Shown: in pieces, positions 1 to 9,572 of the stretch | Layout of the letters: every line of letters starts with the position of its first letter | Position numbering within the stretch: the stretch's first letter is position 1 | IMG/VR virus record: IMGVR_UViG_3300013308_000019 | Location: 1-64,000 of that record | DNA from: a virus | Lineage: Duplodnaviria; Caudoviricetes | Direction: 5' to 3' (one strand) | Length of the DNA stretch: 64,000 nt | Notes under the pieces: generated by a model | Databases searched by the model: none | The model's input: only the letters and a program-made list of their open reading frames with translations | What the model was told of the DNA's origin: nothing | Made by a program: the position numbers and the translations under genes

Positions 1-89
1 TGTGCCTGTTCTTCGGTATAGCCGCCCCAGATTTCTTCTTGTTCTTCGAGAGAAAGTTCTGCGATTTCTTCCGCTATGGATTTTGACAT
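1..89 (-). CDS. Probable terminase large subunit, N-terminal fragment (runs off window)
   Basis: Reverse strand reads MSKSIAEEIAELSLEEQEEIWGGYTEEQA, resembling the helical N-terminus of actinophage large terminases. Only 29 codons are visible. Confidence 0.4.
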   Translation of the reverse strand, partial: MSKSIAEEIAELSLEEQEEIWGGYTEEQA

Positions 90-104
90 CGGTCTGCCTT
101 AGTG

Positions 105-359
105 CTAGAGTTGGGATGACTCTTCCACCGGAGAGACAATAAGGTAGGTGGCACCTGAAGGAAGGTCCTTGAGTGCCGCTGTGTACTGGTCTGCCAGATC
201 AACCGGGGTGTTGATCGGAAGCTCAGTAGTGAGCCGGTAGGTGTAGCCTGTATTCGGTGGGAAATACTCCGATGCAACATCTCTGGAGATATGATCGGCT
301 GTATCGTCGTCGGGAGTCTCGTTGAGTAGCAGGATAGCCCCGCTGAATAGATTAGTCAT
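105..359 (-). CDS. Hypothetical protein
   Basis: ORF from MTNLFSG; TATAAT 7 nt upstream suggests a leaderless start. Confidence 0.65.
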   Translation of the reverse strand: MTNLFSGAILLLNETPDDDTADHISRDVASEYFPPNTGYTYRLTTELPINTPVDLADQYTAALKDLPSGATYLIVSPVEESSQL

Positions 360-396
360 AACATCTATTATACCGTATGTCAAGTAACAAAAAGTG

Positions 397-425
397 TTGA
401 CATTGTGTCTGTTTACTAGTAAACT
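397..425 (+). promoter_or_regulatory. SigA-like promoter
   Basis: TTGACA-17 bp-TAAACT upstream of RBS AAGGA and ATG 448. Confidence 0.75.
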
Positions 426-447
426 GGCCATTCAAAAGGAAAGGAAC

Positions 448-663
448 ATGATGAAAGTTTATGAAACACTTCTGAAGGTCAAGCGAGCCGCTGACCCGTT
501 GCGCACTACCCGAGGGATCACGGAAGAGAATCGGGATGAGGCCGTCCAGCAGCTTCAGGCTCTGATGTCCGCCGTCAAACTCTCGCTCGACGCTGGAGCC
601 ACCCGCTATGAAATGGTCTGCTCTGTAGCAGGCAAGGTGCCCGAGTACCTGAAGGAGGCTTAG
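448..663 (+). CDS. Hypothetical protein
   Basis: ORF with RBS. Confidence 0.7.
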   Translation: MMKVYETLLKVKRAADPLRTTRGITEENRDEAVQQLQALMSAVKLSLDAGATRYEMVCSVAGKVPEYLKEA

Positions 664-1082
664 TGGAGAACTTTGTCGCGGCCCTGAAGTTCTGGAGGTG
701 GCCCATCCTCGGGCTGATTGGTATCTCAGGCCTGATTCCTGTGTTCGCCCTGTCAGTGGTGGCACACTCCGCGTGGATGGTTCTGCCGATCTTTGGTGTT
801 CCTGTTATCGGCATCCTGACCGGACTTGGAATCTACAACAACTGTGCAGAAATCTATCTTCTCTCGAAGAAGTCAGGTCCACACTCGGGATTCAACTACA
901 AGCGCAGGCTCCGCCAACTGGAGCGCAGGCGCAAGGACGCAGTACGTAAGCTGTGGTCGATGAAGAATTACGGTCATGGCAAAGCCTACTACATGGACAT
1001 CATTGACATCGAGAAGGAGATCGCAGAACATAAGGGTATCGACTATGTCAAGCCGGATTACCTTCCGAAGAGTCGGTACTGA
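663..1082 (+). CDS. Membrane protein (2 TM)
   Basis: Two N-terminal hydrophobic segments and a basic C-terminus. Confidence 0.7.
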   Translation: MENFVAALKFWRWPILGLIGISGLIPVFALSVVAHSAWMVLPIFGVPVIGILTGLGIYNNCAEIYLLSKKSGPHSGFNYKRRLRQLERRRKDAVRKLWSMKNYGHGKAYYMDIIDIEKEIAEHKGIDYVKPDYLPKSRY

Positions 1083-1160
1083 GTTGACACTGCCTGCCTA
1101 AGTGTGTAAAGTTAGTGGTGTCGGGAGGGACCGGCACCACTAACTTTGAAAGGACTGAAT

Positions 1161-1838
1161 ATGCGAATCGAAGACGCGAAGAGGATTTTCCGCGAAGAGA
1201 TGAACCTGCACGGACTGGTGTCTTGGAATCTGGAAGTCGTCAACCTGAAGACCGTAGCTGGGTGGTGCCAAACCCGGAGGTGGAGCGAGAACCCGCGTAT
1301 GAGCTTCGGAACCATCGCCCTCTCCATTCCCTTCATGGAAGTCTTCGATGAAAAGGAAGTACGTGAGACTGCCCGTCACGAAGTGGCTCACGCCCTGAAC
1401 AACCCGAAGAATGCTGACCACGGCGCGGAGTGGCGTAAGATCGCCCGGAGGATTGGCTCCACCGGGAAGCGCTGTGTCTCTGTGGACGCACCCAAGGTCC
1501 AGTCCCGGTACACCGGTACTTGCCCTCAGGGTCACCAGTACGCACGTCACCGGGAAACGTGGAACATGCGAATCCAGTCCCACTACTGCCCCACTTGCTG
1601 GAAGCAGTACAAGGACAAACAGCGTGCCTACATCACGTGGTTTGACACCCACACTCGGCGTACGCTAAACTCGGTTGCACCGGCCATGCCGAAGACGTTG
1701 GACACGTCGATGCCGGTACGTATCGCCGCACAAAAGGTCTCAACTCCTGTGCGAAGGACTGTTCCCGCACCTGCCAAGGAACTGTCGTGGAAAGAAAAAT
1801 TCGACCGGGGAGTGTCCTCGTTCGGTGATGAATGGTAG
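1161..1838 (+). CDS. SprT-like zinc metalloprotease
   Basis: HEVAH, downstream HGAEW, and a Cys-rich C-terminal module (CPQGH...CPTC). Confidence 0.85.
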   Translation: MRIEDAKRIFREEMNLHGLVSWNLEVVNLKTVAGWCQTRRWSENPRMSFGTIALSIPFMEVFDEKEVRETARHEVAHALNNPKNADHGAEWRKIARRIGSTGKRCVSVDAPKVQSRYTGTCPQGHQYARHRETWNMRIQSHYCPTCWKQYKDKQRAYITWFDTHTRRTLNSVAPAMPKTLDTSMPVRIAAQKVSTPVRRTVPAPAKELSWKEKFDRGVSSFGDEW

Positions 1839-1860
1839 GACATAACAAGTAAAGGAGAAA

Positions 1861-2652
1861 ATGAAGACAGCAGAAGAACTCGAAGCCAAGGTCTCAGAGC
1901 TTCGACAGATTGGATCACCCAGCGCCCTCTCTAAGGCCCGAGAACTGGAATGGGCACTGGGACATGAGGTAGAGGCTGATGAGGACGCAGACCGCATCAC
2001 AGACGCCCTGTTGGGCAGTGTGAAGACACAGGAGCCAGACCTGATCGATCAGGTCCCGGAATTCGCTAGGGGCCACAACCTCTACACCTTCTCCAAGCAG
2101 AAGGAAGCCATCAAGAGAGACGTGCCCCAAAAGTTCCCCGGACATGATGCCAGTAAAGAAGAGAAGGAAGAATACTGGAAAGCGGTTCAGGAGCAGGAAA
2201 AATTGGAGCAGGAACGCCGCATCGGTAAGTCCTTCAAGTGGGAGAAGCTTCTGGGAACGGAACTGCTCAAGTCCACGCAGAAGCTCCTGAAGAAAAAGAA
2301 ATCCGAAGATGCCTACGACGAGGGTTTCTACACCAAGATTCCGGACGAGGCCGCAGGCATTTCCGATGCCGAACTGATCGCCTCGCTGAACGCGCACGGC
2401 AAGCACCGCCCCCTTCTGGACATCGACTTTCCAGCGGCTGTGATCCCTTCCTCTACTGGAGGTCACTGCCACCTGTACATCGACAAAGAACTGGAATGGA
2501 AGGACTACAAGAAGCTCTTGAACGTTCTGGCCGATCTCGGCATCATCGAACATGGGTATCGTGGGGCCTCACTGGCTCGCGGGTACTCCGCACTGCGGCT
2601 TCCTTGGATCAAGAAAGATGAAGAGGACGAAGTCGTAACACAAAAATTCTAG
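1861..2652 (+). CDS. Hypothetical protein with C-terminal AEP/prim-pol-like motifs
   Basis: LDID and SSTGGHCHLY resemble AEP motifs I and II. Confidence 0.5.
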   Translation: MKTAEELEAKVSELRQIGSPSALSKARELEWALGHEVEADEDADRITDALLGSVKTQEPDLIDQVPEFARGHNLYTFSKQKEAIKRDVPQKFPGHDASKEEKEEYWKAVQEQEKLEQERRIGKSFKWEKLLGTELLKSTQKLLKKKKSEDAYDEGFYTKIPDEAAGISDAELIASLNAHGKHRPLLDIDFPAAVIPSSTGGHCHLYIDKELEWKDYKKLLNVLADLGIIEHGYRGASLARGYSALRLPWIKKDEEDEVVTQKF

Positions 2653-2664
2653 AAAGGAGATATA

Positions 2665-3387
2665 ATGTGGGCTAAGGTCATACGCTGGGTAAAGACCTTA
2701 TTTATTGGATACACACCCGAACAACCTGAAGTAATCCCGGAGTACAAGACTCCGGATGTGTGGCCGTATGATTCTCCCAGACCGCCTAATGAGGTCATCC
2801 ATAAGCTGAACACGGGGCTGGAGACCATAATGGACCACATCGTGTACCGCTCTCAGGACACAGGGAGGGTTGCTGGTCAAATCACATGGGAGGGTCAGAC
2901 GTGGCTTGTCAAGCCCTTGACCTACTGGCTCGCCGGTGGTACACTGTTAGAAGGCCACAAATTTGAGACCATCCGGTCTGACTGCAAATGGCAGAAATGC
3001 TGCCGACCTGACCACCTGAAGCCAAAGTACGCGCCCTCGAAAAAGGTAGCCGAAAAGCCCAAGCCCAAACAGCGCAAGCCTGCGCTCGATGTGAACATGG
3101 TGGCTGGACCTCCGGAATACAAGACCAAGCCTAAGGCCGTCCATGTATCCTCCAAGACAGCGGATGACCTGCTGGGTGGGGATCGGACAAAGTGCGTAAG
3201 CTCCAAGGTGTACTTCCGGGATGAGGCTGAATCCAAAGAGGTTGCCGCAGAGTGGAACAGACGTTTCCGCGCACCCGGAGGCCGTAAGCTTTACGGGTAT
3301 ACCTGTGACTGGTGCGGCGGTGGCCACCTGACCAAACAGAATCCGGAAACACGACCGAAGTACAAGCACAAAGGTTCTTGGACCTAA
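2665..3387 (+). CDS. Hypothetical protein with degenerate HNH-like and Zn-binding motifs
   Basis: CKWQKCCRPDHL and YTCDWCGGGHLT. Confidence 0.55.
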   Translation: MWAKVIRWVKTLFIGYTPEQPEVIPEYKTPDVWPYDSPRPPNEVIHKLNTGLETIMDHIVYRSQDTGRVAGQITWEGQTWLVKPLTYWLAGGTLLEGHKFETIRSDCKWQKCCRPDHLKPKYAPSKKVAEKPKPKQRKPALDVNMVAGPPEYKTKPKAVHVSSKTADDLLGGDRTKCVSSKVYFRDEAESKEVAAEWNRRFRAPGGRKLYGYTCDWCGGGHLTKQNPETRPKYKHKGSWT

Positions 3388-3403
3388 ACTGAAAGGTAGA
3401 TGA

Positions 3404-3928
3404 ATGACAACGATTATCGCAAAAGAACACAATGGAGAGGTCATCATTGGATTCGATTCTCTCGTTTCTGGCGGGGAATCCTTCGAGATGGAGCAGGACA
3501 AGGTGTTCGTCAACAACGGGGTGATCTATGGTGTTGCCGGGAGGCTGTTGCTCTCCACGGAAATCAAGCACGCCCGTATGCCTTCGCCCCCAACTGAGGT
3601 CTCGGACACAGATGGCTGGGTTTCCAGCACCCTGTCTCCGAAGATTCGGCACATCCTCAACACTGTCAATCCGCGTCGTGGGCAGGACGAATTCGGCATG
3701 CAGATTCTGGTTGTCGTGAACAACCGGGTCTATGAGATCGGCTGTGACACCGCGTGGTACCGCAAGGTGGACGGAGTCTACGCCATCGGCTCCGGGAGTC
3801 CTTATGCCTCTGGTGCCCTCTCGCATGGCGCAACCATCAAGGACGCACTGGCTATTGCGGCGGAACGCGACTCGCACACTGGCGGGCGGCTCACGGTTAC
3901 CACTGCACGGAAGCTCTTGAGTAAGTGA
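3404..3928 (+). CDS. HslV/proteasome-beta-like Ntn-hydrolase peptidase
   Basis: N-terminal MTT nucleophile, GFDS, GVAG, AIGSGS, DSHTGG. Confidence 0.8.
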   Translation: MTTIIAKEHNGEVIIGFDSLVSGGESFEMEQDKVFVNNGVIYGVAGRLLLSTEIKHARMPSPPTEVSDTDGWVSSTLSPKIRHILNTVNPRRGQDEFGMQILVVVNNRVYEIGCDTAWYRKVDGVYAIGSGSPYASGALSHGATIKDALAIAAERDSHTGGRLTVTTARKLLSK

Positions 3929-4149
3929 TGGACAGCAGTCTGCGCAAGCGCCTCAGGAAGGCCGCTGAAGACCTCTATATCCACCGGAGGACCCGAAGTG
4001 ACATCGCCAACGCAGAGGCCCGTCTAGCGGCCATACAGAGCGCGTGGCTGGATGCGGGTCCTGTGCCCGACTACCACGAACACATGAAAAACAAACTGCG
4101 CCGTGACTGGCCGACACTTGCAGGTGCATTGGACGAAGCTACCAAGTAG
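3925..4149 (+). CDS. Hypothetical protein
   Basis: ORF coupled to the upstream stop. Confidence 0.6.
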   Translation: MMDSSLRKRLRKAAEDLYIHRRTRSDIANAEARLAAIQSAWLDAGPVPDYHEHMKNKLRRDWPTLAGALDEATK

Positions 4150-4229
4150 TTTGACGAAGGCACGCAAGTAGTGTAGTATCGAAGGACAGAAAGCAAGCTG
4201 GGGAGCAAAAAGAAAGGTCTGATAATTTA

Positions 4230-4448
4230 ATGGATACGATTGGAATTGATGATTTCATTCTGGAATGCTGGTCTATTGACGATTCGGGGTGGAAGTTCAC
4301 ACTCTTCTCCGATCTGTGGTGGGAAATCAAGGCGGTCTCGGACGAACTAGGGGAGTTCAGGGCACACTCGCTTTACCATGACGATGTCGAGGTAACACTT
4401 GCAAGGCTTCTGGAACAAATCAGAAAGGTGGCAGATGCAGTCCTTTAA
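4230..4448 (+). CDS. Hypothetical protein
   Basis: ORF after promoter TTGACG...TAGTAT. Confidence 0.6.
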   Translation: MDTIGIDDFILECWSIDDSGWKFTLFSDLWWEIKAVSDELGEFRAHSLYHDDVEVTLARLLEQIRKVADAVL

Positions 4449-4653
4449 AGAAGGTGACCTTGTCACAGTCACCAACTACGCGGGTGAGGAAGACGGTAGG
4501 TACACAGGACTTACTGGACCCATCACCCATATCATGAAGCTCGACACAGGAGAGCTAAACTATTTCGTTGACGTAGGGGTTGCCGGATTCTTTTTCCGGG
4601 ACTTGATCTGCTATGACGGCGAATTCGAACACGCAAAGGAAGAAACAAAATGA
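4435..4653 (+). CDS. SH3/KOW-like small protein
   Basis: FKEGDLV...G.TG.I pattern. Confidence 0.6.
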   Translation: MQSFKEGDLVTVTNYAGEEDGRYTGLTGPITHIMKLDTGELNYFVDVGVAGFFFRDLICYDGEFEHAKEETK

Positions 4654-4802
4654 GCAATATCACCGACAAGATTCTCAAACAGCTTGAAGAGTACAAGCTG
4701 AAGTCCATCATCAACACCAAGACCAAGAAGGAACGCTTCGCCAAGGCCCGCAAGGCAGGCTACAGCGTCGAGTTCGCGGTCATCTTCGCTACCCAGAAGT
4801 AG
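4650..4802 (+). CDS. Small basic hypothetical protein
   Basis: ATGA overlap; MSNITDKILKQ...FATQK (50 aa, below the track cutoff). Confidence 0.55.
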   Translation: MSNITDKILKQLEEYKLKSIINTKTKKERFAKARKAGYSVEFAVIFATQK

Positions 4803-4811
4803 CAACAACAG

Positions 4812-4853
4812 GAGGACCCAGTGCTTGACAAGTGCTGGGTCCTTCTGTATGCT
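4812..4853 (+). promoter_or_regulatory. Terminator-like hairpin overlapping a promoter
   Basis: GGACCCAG...CTGGGTCC arms around TTGACA; TATGCT -10; ATG 7 nt later. Confidence 0.7.
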
Positions 4854-4859
4854 GTAGGT

Positions 4860-5285
4860 ATGAACAACGACGAATTTCACCTAATCAGCGAGGTCTCACT
4901 GGCAGGCCTGCCATACAACTCCGAGATCATCTTCCGGGATGGGAAATCGTACCGCAAGGAGTTCTCTCCCGAAGACCTCGAATGGCGGGAACTCGGTGAC
5001 GGCTGGAACAGCCGCACCTATAAGGCAAGCGCTCGGCTCGCTTCTGAATACTCCGAGGCCCAAATCTGGCCCCATGACCACAAAAACCCGCAACACAAGT
5101 TTGTCACAGGTGACCGGCTTGACCATATCGAAGCTGAATCGAAGAGGCTGTCGGAGCAAGCAGTACAGATGCTTGAGGTGGCAACAACACAGGATGAACT
5201 CCTGAAAGCAAAAGTCTACGTCGAACGCGCACGAGGAATGCTCGCGACACTCCGGATGATCCGGGGATACCACGAAGGGAATTAA
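4860..5285 (+). CDS. Hypothetical protein (leaderless)
   Basis: ATG at predicted +1. Confidence 0.7.
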   Translation: MNNDEFHLISEVSLAGLPYNSEIIFRDGKSYRKEFSPEDLEWRELGDGWNSRTYKASARLASEYSEAQIWPHDHKNPQHKFVTGDRLDHIEAESKRLSEQAVQMLEVATTQDELLKAKVYVERARGMLATLRMIRGYHEGN

Positions 5286-5287
5286 CA

Positions 5288-5731
5288 ATGAACTCGAACT
5301 CACACTATGAGACAGAAGGCAACTGGGGAGGCAAAATTTCTCTGGACTTCAACAACACGTTTTCCGGCGCGGAAGCACATGATGTGATGATCACTGCTGA
5401 ATCGTCAGCCGCTCGTGACGTGGCTTATCTGTCCGTCAAGGGGGAGAAAGCAATCCGGGAATTCCTCTACAGCTTCGCCGTCATCGGTGGTATCATCAAG
5501 GAAGGTGAGACCCTGTCCATTGCCGAGCCTTCGGGCAAGGATGTCCCTGATGACGGTGCCTACAAGCTTGACGGTGCTGCCGAGTCACGCAACATCGCTA
5601 TCGTTCAGGGTGGCCGGGTTATGGTGCCGCAGCCTGACAAGAACGAGATTGTAGATTTCACAGATGTCTACCTGTCCAAGTACTCTGGCTGGACGCTGAC
5701 ACCGCTGGTGAGGGCTGAACGTAATGCCTAA
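5288..5731 (+). CDS. Hypothetical protein; N-half paralogous to 25157..25438
   Basis: EFLYSFAVIGGIIKEGETL vs QFLYAAAVRSQLIKDGEPL. Confidence 0.65.
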   Translation: MNSNSHYETEGNWGGKISLDFNNTFSGAEAHDVMITAESSAARDVAYLSVKGEKAIREFLYSFAVIGGIIKEGETLSIAEPSGKDVPDDGAYKLDGAAESRNIAIVQGGRVMVPQPDKNEIVDFTDVYLSKYSGWTLTPLVRAERNA

Positions 5732-6104
5732 CTGGCCTACACCGCTCGACCTACAGGAGCGCTACGATCACGCAGACAAGATGCTCAGCGCCGCATCACA
5801 GGTCCATGATTCCGTGGCTGTCCAGTTTTACGCCGGTCAGCTTTCTGTGCTAGGCTTGTTCCTAGAGGATGATGTGTTCATTCCACGGAAGGAGATTGCT
5901 ATTTATTCTCCGAATTCAAAGGTCAATCCGGCCTACAAGGTGGTAGACTTGGATGACGAGACAGAGGCTATCGATCATGCAGACAAGATGACTGAATCGT
6001 ACCGCCGACAGGCAAAGGACGGCGGCATCCATGCTGATAAGGAAGCCGCAGTTGTATTCCGTTATGTTACGGAATGGGAATTTCTAAAGGAAAGGAACAA
6101 GTAA
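5724..6104 (+). CDS. Hypothetical protein
   Basis: Overlapping ORF in operon. Confidence 0.65.
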   Translation: MPNWPTPLDLQERYDHADKMLSAASQVHDSVAVQFYAGQLSVLGLFLEDDVFIPRKEIAIYSPNSKVNPAYKVVDLDDETEAIDHADKMTESYRRQAKDGGIHADKEAAVVFRYVTEWEFLKERNK

Positions 6105-6578
6105 ATGGAGATTGTACTCGCAATTTTCTTCGGCACCCTACTGAGTGTCGGGGGTCTCGGGGGTCTCATCTACGTCAAGGCAAAGGATGACTGGAACGCA
6201 CTGTTTAAACGTGCCGCACAGATCGGACGTGCCAACCTTGGCACCAAGTCTGCCCGGTTGGGACTGGAGTTCCAGAAGAAGCCGATCAGCAATGAACTGG
6301 CCGTACGGGACTGGGAAGCGGAGTACCAAGGCAAGAAGGAACTGGCGATTGCCAACAGGGAATTCCATGTCATCGTCCGCTCGTGGAACGAGATCAACGA
6401 CAACTACTACGATGGCATCGAAGAGCGCTGGTTCTGGGAGTGCGCCTGTGGTGAGAAGCAACACCGCAAGAACAAGGAAGCAGGGCGCAACTCCGCACGC
6501 CGCCACCTCGAACTGATGGGTGGCCGCAACGAAGAGGGCGTGCGCGACGAAGGCTGGCTCCGGGGAAAGGGATTCTAA
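6105..6578 (+). CDS. Membrane-anchored protein with CxC...H motif
   Basis: N-terminal TM; WECACG...RRH. Confidence 0.65.
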   Translation: MEIVLAIFFGTLLSVGGLGGLIYVKAKDDWNALFKRAAQIGRANLGTKSARLGLEFQKKPISNELAVRDWEAEYQGKKELAIANREFHVIVRSWNEINDNYYDGIEERWFWECACGEKQHRKNKEAGRNSARRHLELMGGRNEEGVRDEGWLRGKGF

Positions 6579-6790
6579 TGTCAGATGAGAAGGAAGTAAT
6601 TGACGCTGGTGAACTCACGGTAGGTGACCTGACTGTGTCGAGTCTTGACACCGGACACATTGCCCTTGGAATTATCAACATGGAGACTGGCAAGCGGGGT
6701 GTGCGGCATCTGTACAGTGACGCATACCGCGAGCGCTGGCCACAGGACCAGTACCCGGAGTTGTACAAAGAGGACGTACCTGTTGACTAA
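6578..6790 (+). CDS. Hypothetical protein
   Basis: Coupled ORF. Confidence 0.6.
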   Translation: MSDEKEVIDAGELTVGDLTVSSLDTGHIALGIINMETGKRGVRHLYSDAYRERWPQDQYPELYKEDVPVD

Positions 6791-6796
6791 ACAACG

Positions 6797-7099
6797 ATGG
6801 AGAGGACGAAGATGAATAGGAACATCGAGGGCGAAGCGAAAGAGGCTATCTCGGATGTTGAATTCCGTAACTACGGAGAACGGTCCTACATGGACGAAGA
6901 GATGGCCCAAGAACTGGTCCAGCGTAAGCTTCTGGTGGGCGAAATCGACGGCAAGGACACTCTGGCGCTGGAGCGGATCAAGGAGCGCCACAAGGCCCGT
7001 CTGGAGGCGGAGCAGGGTGGTGTACTCGGAGGGGTGCGGGAAGACTTCGAGGTCGTACGGTTGTTGGGCATTATTGACAAATTGATGCGGAACGACTAA
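6797..7099 (+). CDS. Hypothetical protein
   Basis: ORF with GGAGG RBS (likely start 6812). Confidence 0.65.
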   Translation: MERTKMNRNIEGEAKEAISDVEFRNYGERSYMDEEMAQELVQRKLLVGEIDGKDTLALERIKERHKARLEAEQGGVLGGVREDFEVVRLLGIIDKLMRND

Positions 7100-7108
7100 A
7101 CTGTAGGT

Positions 7109-7354
7109 ATGACTGAAGTAATCCACAGATACATCGGGACAGTATCGAGAACCAAGGCCGCAGATTTGACAGACGCCTCCATCGTATGGTTTGATGGTGA
7201 GTACAGAAGCCTCGCGGCTATCGCGCATGAAGGCAACAAGGTACGTCTCCGTTTCAACTGGCTCTCCCAAGAATGGGATCGAAGCTTGACAACGAAGGAA
7301 ACGGTGCGTACACTGGACACATACAGGATTACAGGAATAAAAGAAGGGGAATAA
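7109..7354 (+). CDS. Hypothetical protein (leaderless)
   Basis: TTGACA-17-TAAACT-6-ATG. Confidence 0.65.
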   Translation: MTEVIHRYIGTVSRTKAADLTDASIVWFDGEYRSLAAIAHEGNKVRLRFNWLSQEWDRSLTTKETVRTLDTYRITGIKEGE

Positions 7355-7735
7355 ATGATTGTTTATGGTATCGGAGATAAGATCAAGGTCAAGGAAGACA
7401 GCAGTTGTCTCGGGGTGAAGCTGAAGAAAGGCATGGAGGGAATCGTCGTATCTCCGCAAACGGGACGCGTTGAAGCCGCGTTCGAAGGTTTGGGTCTGGT
7501 ATCGGTGGACCATGGCCTCATCAAGAAGAAGGTCCGCAAGACGGAACGTCTTGTCAAGGCCAAGAATGTCAAGGTCAGCGATGAGGTACGCATCCCCGGA
7601 ATCAGTGAGTACAGCAAGGTCGCTAACATCTTCCGCGACGACTACGATTCCTCAGAACCTCCCATCACTATCGAGACGGTAGAATACGACGCCAACGAGT
7701 ACGGCTACCACGATCTGGTTGAGGTGCGTCGATGA
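7355..7735 (+). CDS. Tandem SH3/KOW-like protein
   Basis: GIGDKIKV...GMEGIV and VKVSDEV. Confidence 0.6.
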   Translation: MIVYGIGDKIKVKEDSSCLGVKLKKGMEGIVVSPQTGRVEAAFEGLGLVSVDHGLIKKKVRKTERLVKAKNVKVSDEVRIPGISEYSKVANIFRDDYDSSEPPITIETVEYDANEYGYHDLVEVRR

Positions 7736-7935
7736 GCTACGTTCTACTCGGAATCGCCATCGTGGCGGCGTTCTTCGCGTTGATGTATCTGCTTCTGGGT
7801 CTACGGGCGGTGCTTTTCGGCGGCGGTTTCGAAACTCTGGGCACAGTCTTCGTCTACGCTTTGGTGATTGCAGTCGGCGCAATTGTTGCCCTCTGGCTTG
7901 GACCTCTGGCCCTCGCAGGGATTGGACTACTGTGA
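7732..7935 (+). CDS. Small membrane protein
   Basis: Almost entirely hydrophobic. Confidence 0.65.
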   Translation: MSYVLLGIAIVAAFFALMYLLLGLRAVLFGGGFETLGTVFVYALVIAVGAIVALWLGPLALAGIGLL

Positions 7936-8109
7936 GACGTACGGCAAAGCACCGCTACTCGCAGGCGGAAGAAGACCTCATCTGGAAGCTCTACACTGCG
8001 GAAGAAAAAGCAGAACACAACAAATTTGTCATGGGCTACGGACAGTTCACGGCAAACACTAACTTCATCGATTCTCTGCGGAGCAAGGTGATGACACGAA
8101 AGGAACAAG

Positions 8110-8526
8110 ATGACACAGTTTAATGAGTTCAAGGTAGGGGACCTCGTGTTCTCCAATGAGGACCACCCGCTTCTGGATGTGGACGGCGAAAGCCCCGGTA
8201 TTGTTACCGAGGTTATGGAGGACTCCTTCGGGGTGCAGGTCGAGGTCGGGGTGGAGTTCTACCCTGACAACAATGAGGTCCGGTTTACCCCGCAGGAGTT
8301 GACCATCGTCGGACGTGACGGGGAGCTTACCACGTTCGATGACCTCAAGGAAGGTGACCGGATCATGATGGTCAGCCCTGACGACGAACTGGTCAAGGTA
8401 CTGGTGGAGGACATTCTCTACAGGGATGGCATTGCCGACATCTATGGTGCGTACGCGGACGATGTTGACACGTCTGTCAGCTTCGAAGTTCCTTCCGACT
8501 CTGATGTCTTCAAGGTATCTGCTTGA
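8110..8526 (+). CDS. Tandem SH3/KOW-like protein
   Basis: FKVGDLV...PGIVTEV and LKEGDRI. Confidence 0.65.
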   Translation: MTQFNEFKVGDLVFSNEDHPLLDVDGESPGIVTEVMEDSFGVQVEVGVEFYPDNNEVRFTPQELTIVGRDGELTTFDDLKEGDRIMMVSPDDELVKVLVEDILYRDGIADIYGAYADDVDTSVSFEVPSDSDVFKVSA

Positions 8527-8973
8527 ACATGAACATCACCCATACTGCCGTTGCTTCGGGTAATTCCCGACTTACTGCTGGGGACCTTGTGAGCTTTGCC
8601 AAAGGTATCCCCGCAGAATCCACCGTGCGAGTTGAGACGCACAGCCCTGTTGACCAGCGCGACAACCACCGCTGGTCTATTGAAGCCGAATGGGACGAAG
8701 TTGCCCAGAAGAATTGGACGAGGCCACAAACACGATGACACACGGAAACGACAGCATCAAAGATGAACTGACCAAGGCCCTAAGGGGTATGCACGACAGT
8801 GGGTATGCCAAGGGCAGGGTGGACGCCGTCAGGGCGCTGTCCACCTCCTTCCATATCGTCTACGATCTTGGTATCCTTACGGAAGGTGAGAAGGGTGGGT
8901 ACAAGATTGCCCTTGACACCCTAGACTCGACACTGAAGATTCTCGAACAGGACACTGAGGAAAGCGGCTTCTA

Positions 8974-9270
8974 GTGGAAAATGAAGATGAACTGTTCGCC
9001 AGATGGGAGCAGGAGATGGAAATCATGCCCTGCGAATCCGGCACGCATGATTCTTCACCCGCACATGCGGGGCCGGGTGAATGGTATGTATCATTCGCCT
9101 GCCCCCGCTGTAAAAAAGTCAGCACCACCCTGCTCGTGTGTGACCGATATAACAGTTTCCTGCCGTCCATGATGATCATAGCCGGTGCGTCTGTGGTAGA
9201 ATGTGGTAAATGTAACCAGCAATTTCTTTACCGGGAGACCATAGTCGTCTCCGAAAGAAGGCAAGTGTGA
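8974..9270 (+). CDS. Zn-binding protein; paralog of 27295..27582
   Basis: CE..H...H.G..WYV...CxxC...CD.Y...CxxC. Confidence 0.65.
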   Translation: MENEDELFARWEQEMEIMPCESGTHDSSPAHAGPGEWYVSFACPRCKKVSTTLLVCDRYNSFLPSMMIIAGASVVECGKCNQQFLYRETIVVSERRQV

Positions 9271-9515
9271 GTGATCTGATCGCCCTAGCACTCGGAGTGC
9301 TGTTCCTTATCGTGTGGGTCTGTGCAATGATCTATTGGAATTCGCTGACTAAAGCTTATGACCTAGGGAAAGAGGACCACTCGCGCCGGAAGAACCGGCT
9401 GGTAGAGTACAGGGGTCTCGCCCGTATCGCCTACAGCAGGGGCCGAAGACACTCGGCCTATACAGGCAACGCAAAACTGAAGAACAGACTTAAAGGCCGC
9501 AGGTTGACAATTTAA
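9267..9515 (+). CDS. Membrane-anchored basic protein
   Basis: N-terminal TM. Confidence 0.6.
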   Translation: MSDLIALALGVLFLIVWVCAMIYWNSLTKAYDLGKEDHSRRKNRLVEYRGLARIAYSRGRRHSAYTGNAKLKNRLKGRRLTI

Positions 9516-9572
9516 GTGTAAGGGGTTAGACTATTCGTAGTTTAGCCCCTTATCTGTGAAAGGACAAAATAA

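Noticed and set aside
6581-7513. 310-aa minus-strand ORF
   Set aside because: Overlaps four plus-strand genes that have promoters or RBSs; no recognisable motifs.
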